Below are positions 61,592 to 64,000 of a stretch of DNA of 64,000 nucleotides, piece by piece (within the stretch, counting starts at the first letter, position 1; every line of letters begins with the position of its first letter). The position numbers were made by a program, and so were the translations under genes. The notes under the pieces were generated by a model. It saw only the letters and a list, made by a program, of their open reading frames with translations, made no database searches and was not told the DNA's origin. Origin of the DNA: Callorhinchus milii (lineage: Eukaryota); NCBI RefSeq assembly GCF_018977255.1, contig NW_024704743.1, positions 109,122,001 to 109,186,000 of the forward strand, given 5' to 3'.

Positions 61592-62469
61592 TCACCTCAG
61601 GCGCTGACACCATCAGCATCCAAGGCTGCACTCTCCACCTCTCAAAGCCAGTCAGGAACCTCGGCGTTTTGTTCGACCCTGAGCTGTCCTTTCTCCCTCA
61701 CATCCGCACCACAACTGGCACCGCCTTCCATCACCTCCGGAATATCGCCAGATTACGGCACTACCTCACCCCTCACGCTGCTGAAACCCTGGTTCACGCC
61801 TTTGTCACCTCAAGGCTGGACTATGGGAACTCTCTCCTCGCCGGCCTTCCCGCCACCTCCCTCCACAAGCTGCAGGTCATTCAGAACTCTGCAGCTCGTG
61901 TACTGTCCCGCACCAGGCTTCGGGACCACATCACTCCCACCCTCGCTCGCCTCCACTGGCTCCCCATCCCCCAGAGGATTGATTTCAAGATCCTCATCTC
62001 ACCTACAAGGCCATTCACGGCCTTGCTCCCTCCTACCTCTCCAACCTACTATCCCCCTACCTACCTGCCCGTACCCTCCGTTCCTCTGGCTCCGGTCTGC
62101 TCCACGTCCCCGCCCCAACCGCCCTACTATCGGTGGTCGGGCCTTCAGCCTCTCAGCCCCGAGGCTCTGGAACTCCATCCCCCAGTGCCTTCGCCTTGCT
62201 TCCTCCCTTTCCTCCTTCAAGGCCGGTCTCAAAACCTTTCTCTTTGACCGTGCCTTCAGCTCCCCTCTCGACTCTCTTCCTCCTCCTCGCTCCCTCCCTT
62301 CCCTCCCCTCACCCTGACCATTTCCCCTCCTCTCTCCCTCCCTTCCCTCCCCTCACCCTGACCATTTCCCCCCTGCTCGGGTCATGACCCAACTGTGCAG
62401 CGCCTTGGGACGTCCTCCTGACGTGAAAGGCGCTCTATAAATGGAATCTTGTTGTTGTTGTTGTTGTTG
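61592..62469 (+). mobile_element. Young L2 LINE 3' 0.9 kb with TSD TTAGTT
   Basis: ttagtt at 61586-61591 and 62470-62475; [21 protein letters not shown]...; (GTT)n tail. Confidence 0.94.
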
Positions 62470-62584
62470 TTAGTTGCGGAAGGGCAGGAGGATACTCATG
62501 TGGAGCATAAACACTGGCATAAACCCGTTGGGCCGAATAGCATGTTTCTGTGTTGTATTCTCTAATGTATTCTAAAGGATTGCA

Positions 62585-62670
62585 CTTCAAGGAGCAGGCA
62601 CAGACATGAATGGCCGAATAGGTTTCTTCTATTTCCTTCTATGCTGTAAATTTCTATGGTTCTATGGTTT
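62585..62670 (+). mobile_element. CR1 3' tail fragment
   Basis: ggcacagacatgaatggccgaatagg...tttctatggttctatgg. Confidence 0.65.
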
Positions 62671-63189
62671 CAGAGTGGGATTGTTCTTACCTGCTTGGAG
62701 TTTGGGATGAGGTAAGCAATCCAAAATTAAACTATAGGAAATCCGACTTTGGCTTCATAATTATGCTTTAATGCAGAGATCCGTGAATGTCACTGCAGCT
62801 GCTTCATTTATCAACCAAATCCAGGAGAAAGTGTGCTGACATATGATTAAATGTCTCCTAACACCTGACAGGGTAAGATGAATCAGATGACCTAAAGAAT
62901 CTGAATATCATATTGGTTCATGGCTTCAGACTAATGTTCATTGTCATCTGATAGAAGTGCTTGGGTGAAGGCACATACTAAAATTGATTTATCTCAAGGC
63001 AATGCAGGATATAATCATAATAGCTTTTTTTAATTAATTATGAACAAACTGAATATAAATATCATCCACTTAATTCTACAACGGTGATTATATTTTAATA
63101 ACTTGAAAACCTTTTTGGGGCAAAAAATCACGTCAACGTAATTTCTTTTTCTCGGCACCTTATTTCATGACGTTTTCAGCCATTCTGCC

Positions 63190-63410
63190 CCTGTTCTCTG
63201 GAACTCCATCCCAGCAATGCCTCCAACTCGTTCGCTGACTCATTCACTCTCCTCGTTCAAGCCCTGCCTCAAGAACTACTTCTTTAACATTTGATCATCT
63301 TTCCCCTCCCCACTACCCTCAATTCCCATCCCCAGCTCGGGTGTCCAGCTGGCATTGTCAAATGCTTTGAGGCATCTTCCCGACATGAAAAGTGCTGTAC
63401 AAATGTATGG
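63190..63410 (+). mobile_element. L2 3' end, old
   Basis: ctctggaactccatccc...ttcaagccctgcctcaag...gacatgaaaagtgctgtacaaatgt. Confidence 0.7.
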
Positions 63411-63499
63411 TTTGAATGGTATCAATCGTAGTTTTGTAGTAGAAATGGAAAAAACAGTAAAATATGACAAATAATTTATTAAATTCTGAATATTATTTG

Positions 63500-63665
63500 G
63501 ATAATAATAATAATCCTTACATTTGGTAAGGCACCTTATCACGTCTTTGAGATGTCTCAAAGCACTTCACGGGATATACTGTAAAGTGGAATGACTTTAT
63601 ATTTTGTTGATGAAAATATTGGCTTAAAAGTAGGCAAATGAGTACGCAGGTTGTTGCTGCATTAA
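63500..63665 (-). mobile_element. SINE 3' fragment
   Basis: ataataataatccttacatttgg...aaagcacttcacggg. Confidence 0.65.
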
Positions 63666-64000
63666 AGAGGAAAATAAATGACTTCCTCAATATCCGCCCC
63701 ACAAATTTCTTGCAGTGGGTTTAAAATGGCTTGGAAGAGGGGAAGCAGTCCTATGGGCGTATCCAAGGAAAGGATCCTATCAGGAAGAACTTATCGGGAT
63801 GCAAACCATATATATCCTTTGCCTAAACTATGTTTGACGACATGTTTACTCACACTGGGTGAGTCAGTCTAAACCCAAATGGCAAAAAGCTGAATGTTAG
63901 TCAATACCTGGTTTCAAGGTCATCTCAATAGTGAGTAATAACAAATTGTAATTATATAGCGCCCTTTACACAGGATAGCATCTGGAATACTACAGTACAC

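Larger units (their letters stand above)
58165..62575 (+). mobile_element. CR1 LINE ORF2 (APE plus RT) and 3' end, carrying several nested insertions
   Basis: [52 protein letters not shown]; 3' end at 61485-61591 and 62470-62575 with ttctaatgtattctaa tail. Confidence 0.92.

Overview
This is vertebrate genomic DNA, not prokaryotic. The repeat content points to a cartilaginous fish (shark or chimaera): SacSINE1/DeuSINE-like SINEs, CR1 and L2 LINEs, and a shark-type Penelope end. That taxon call is inference. The window is mostly AT-rich intronic or intergenic sequence dense in retroelements. These include several CR1 copies, several L2 copies (some young, with target-site duplications), a young tRNA-Ala-headed SINE with a (TTA)n tail, an older DeuSINE-like family, AmnSINE2-like remnants, and a Penelope-like GIY-YIG fragment with a degenerate hammerhead ribozyme. 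Nearly all long ORFs in the track are LINE debris or noise. The only host coding sequence I recognise is one + strand exon of aspartate beta-hydroxylase (ASPH; 48977-49062, KKKKPKLLNKFYKTIKAELDAAEKLRKK). I could not find its conserved neighbouring exons in the window. At the left end is a CpG-rich minus-strand promoter with TATA, a TGCGTCA CRE, a short non-coding first exon and an RE1/NRSE site, typical of neuropeptide or neuroendocrine genes. This is either a gene nested antisense in an ASPH intron, or the ASPH exon is an orphan. I found no convincing novel multi-gene system. The best leads are this promoter/ASPH arrangement, a probably polymorphic L2 insertion, a perfect 75-bp templated inversion, and SINE-L2 partnership features. 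Repeat boundaries were estimated by eye (about +/-20 bp) unless a TSD is given.
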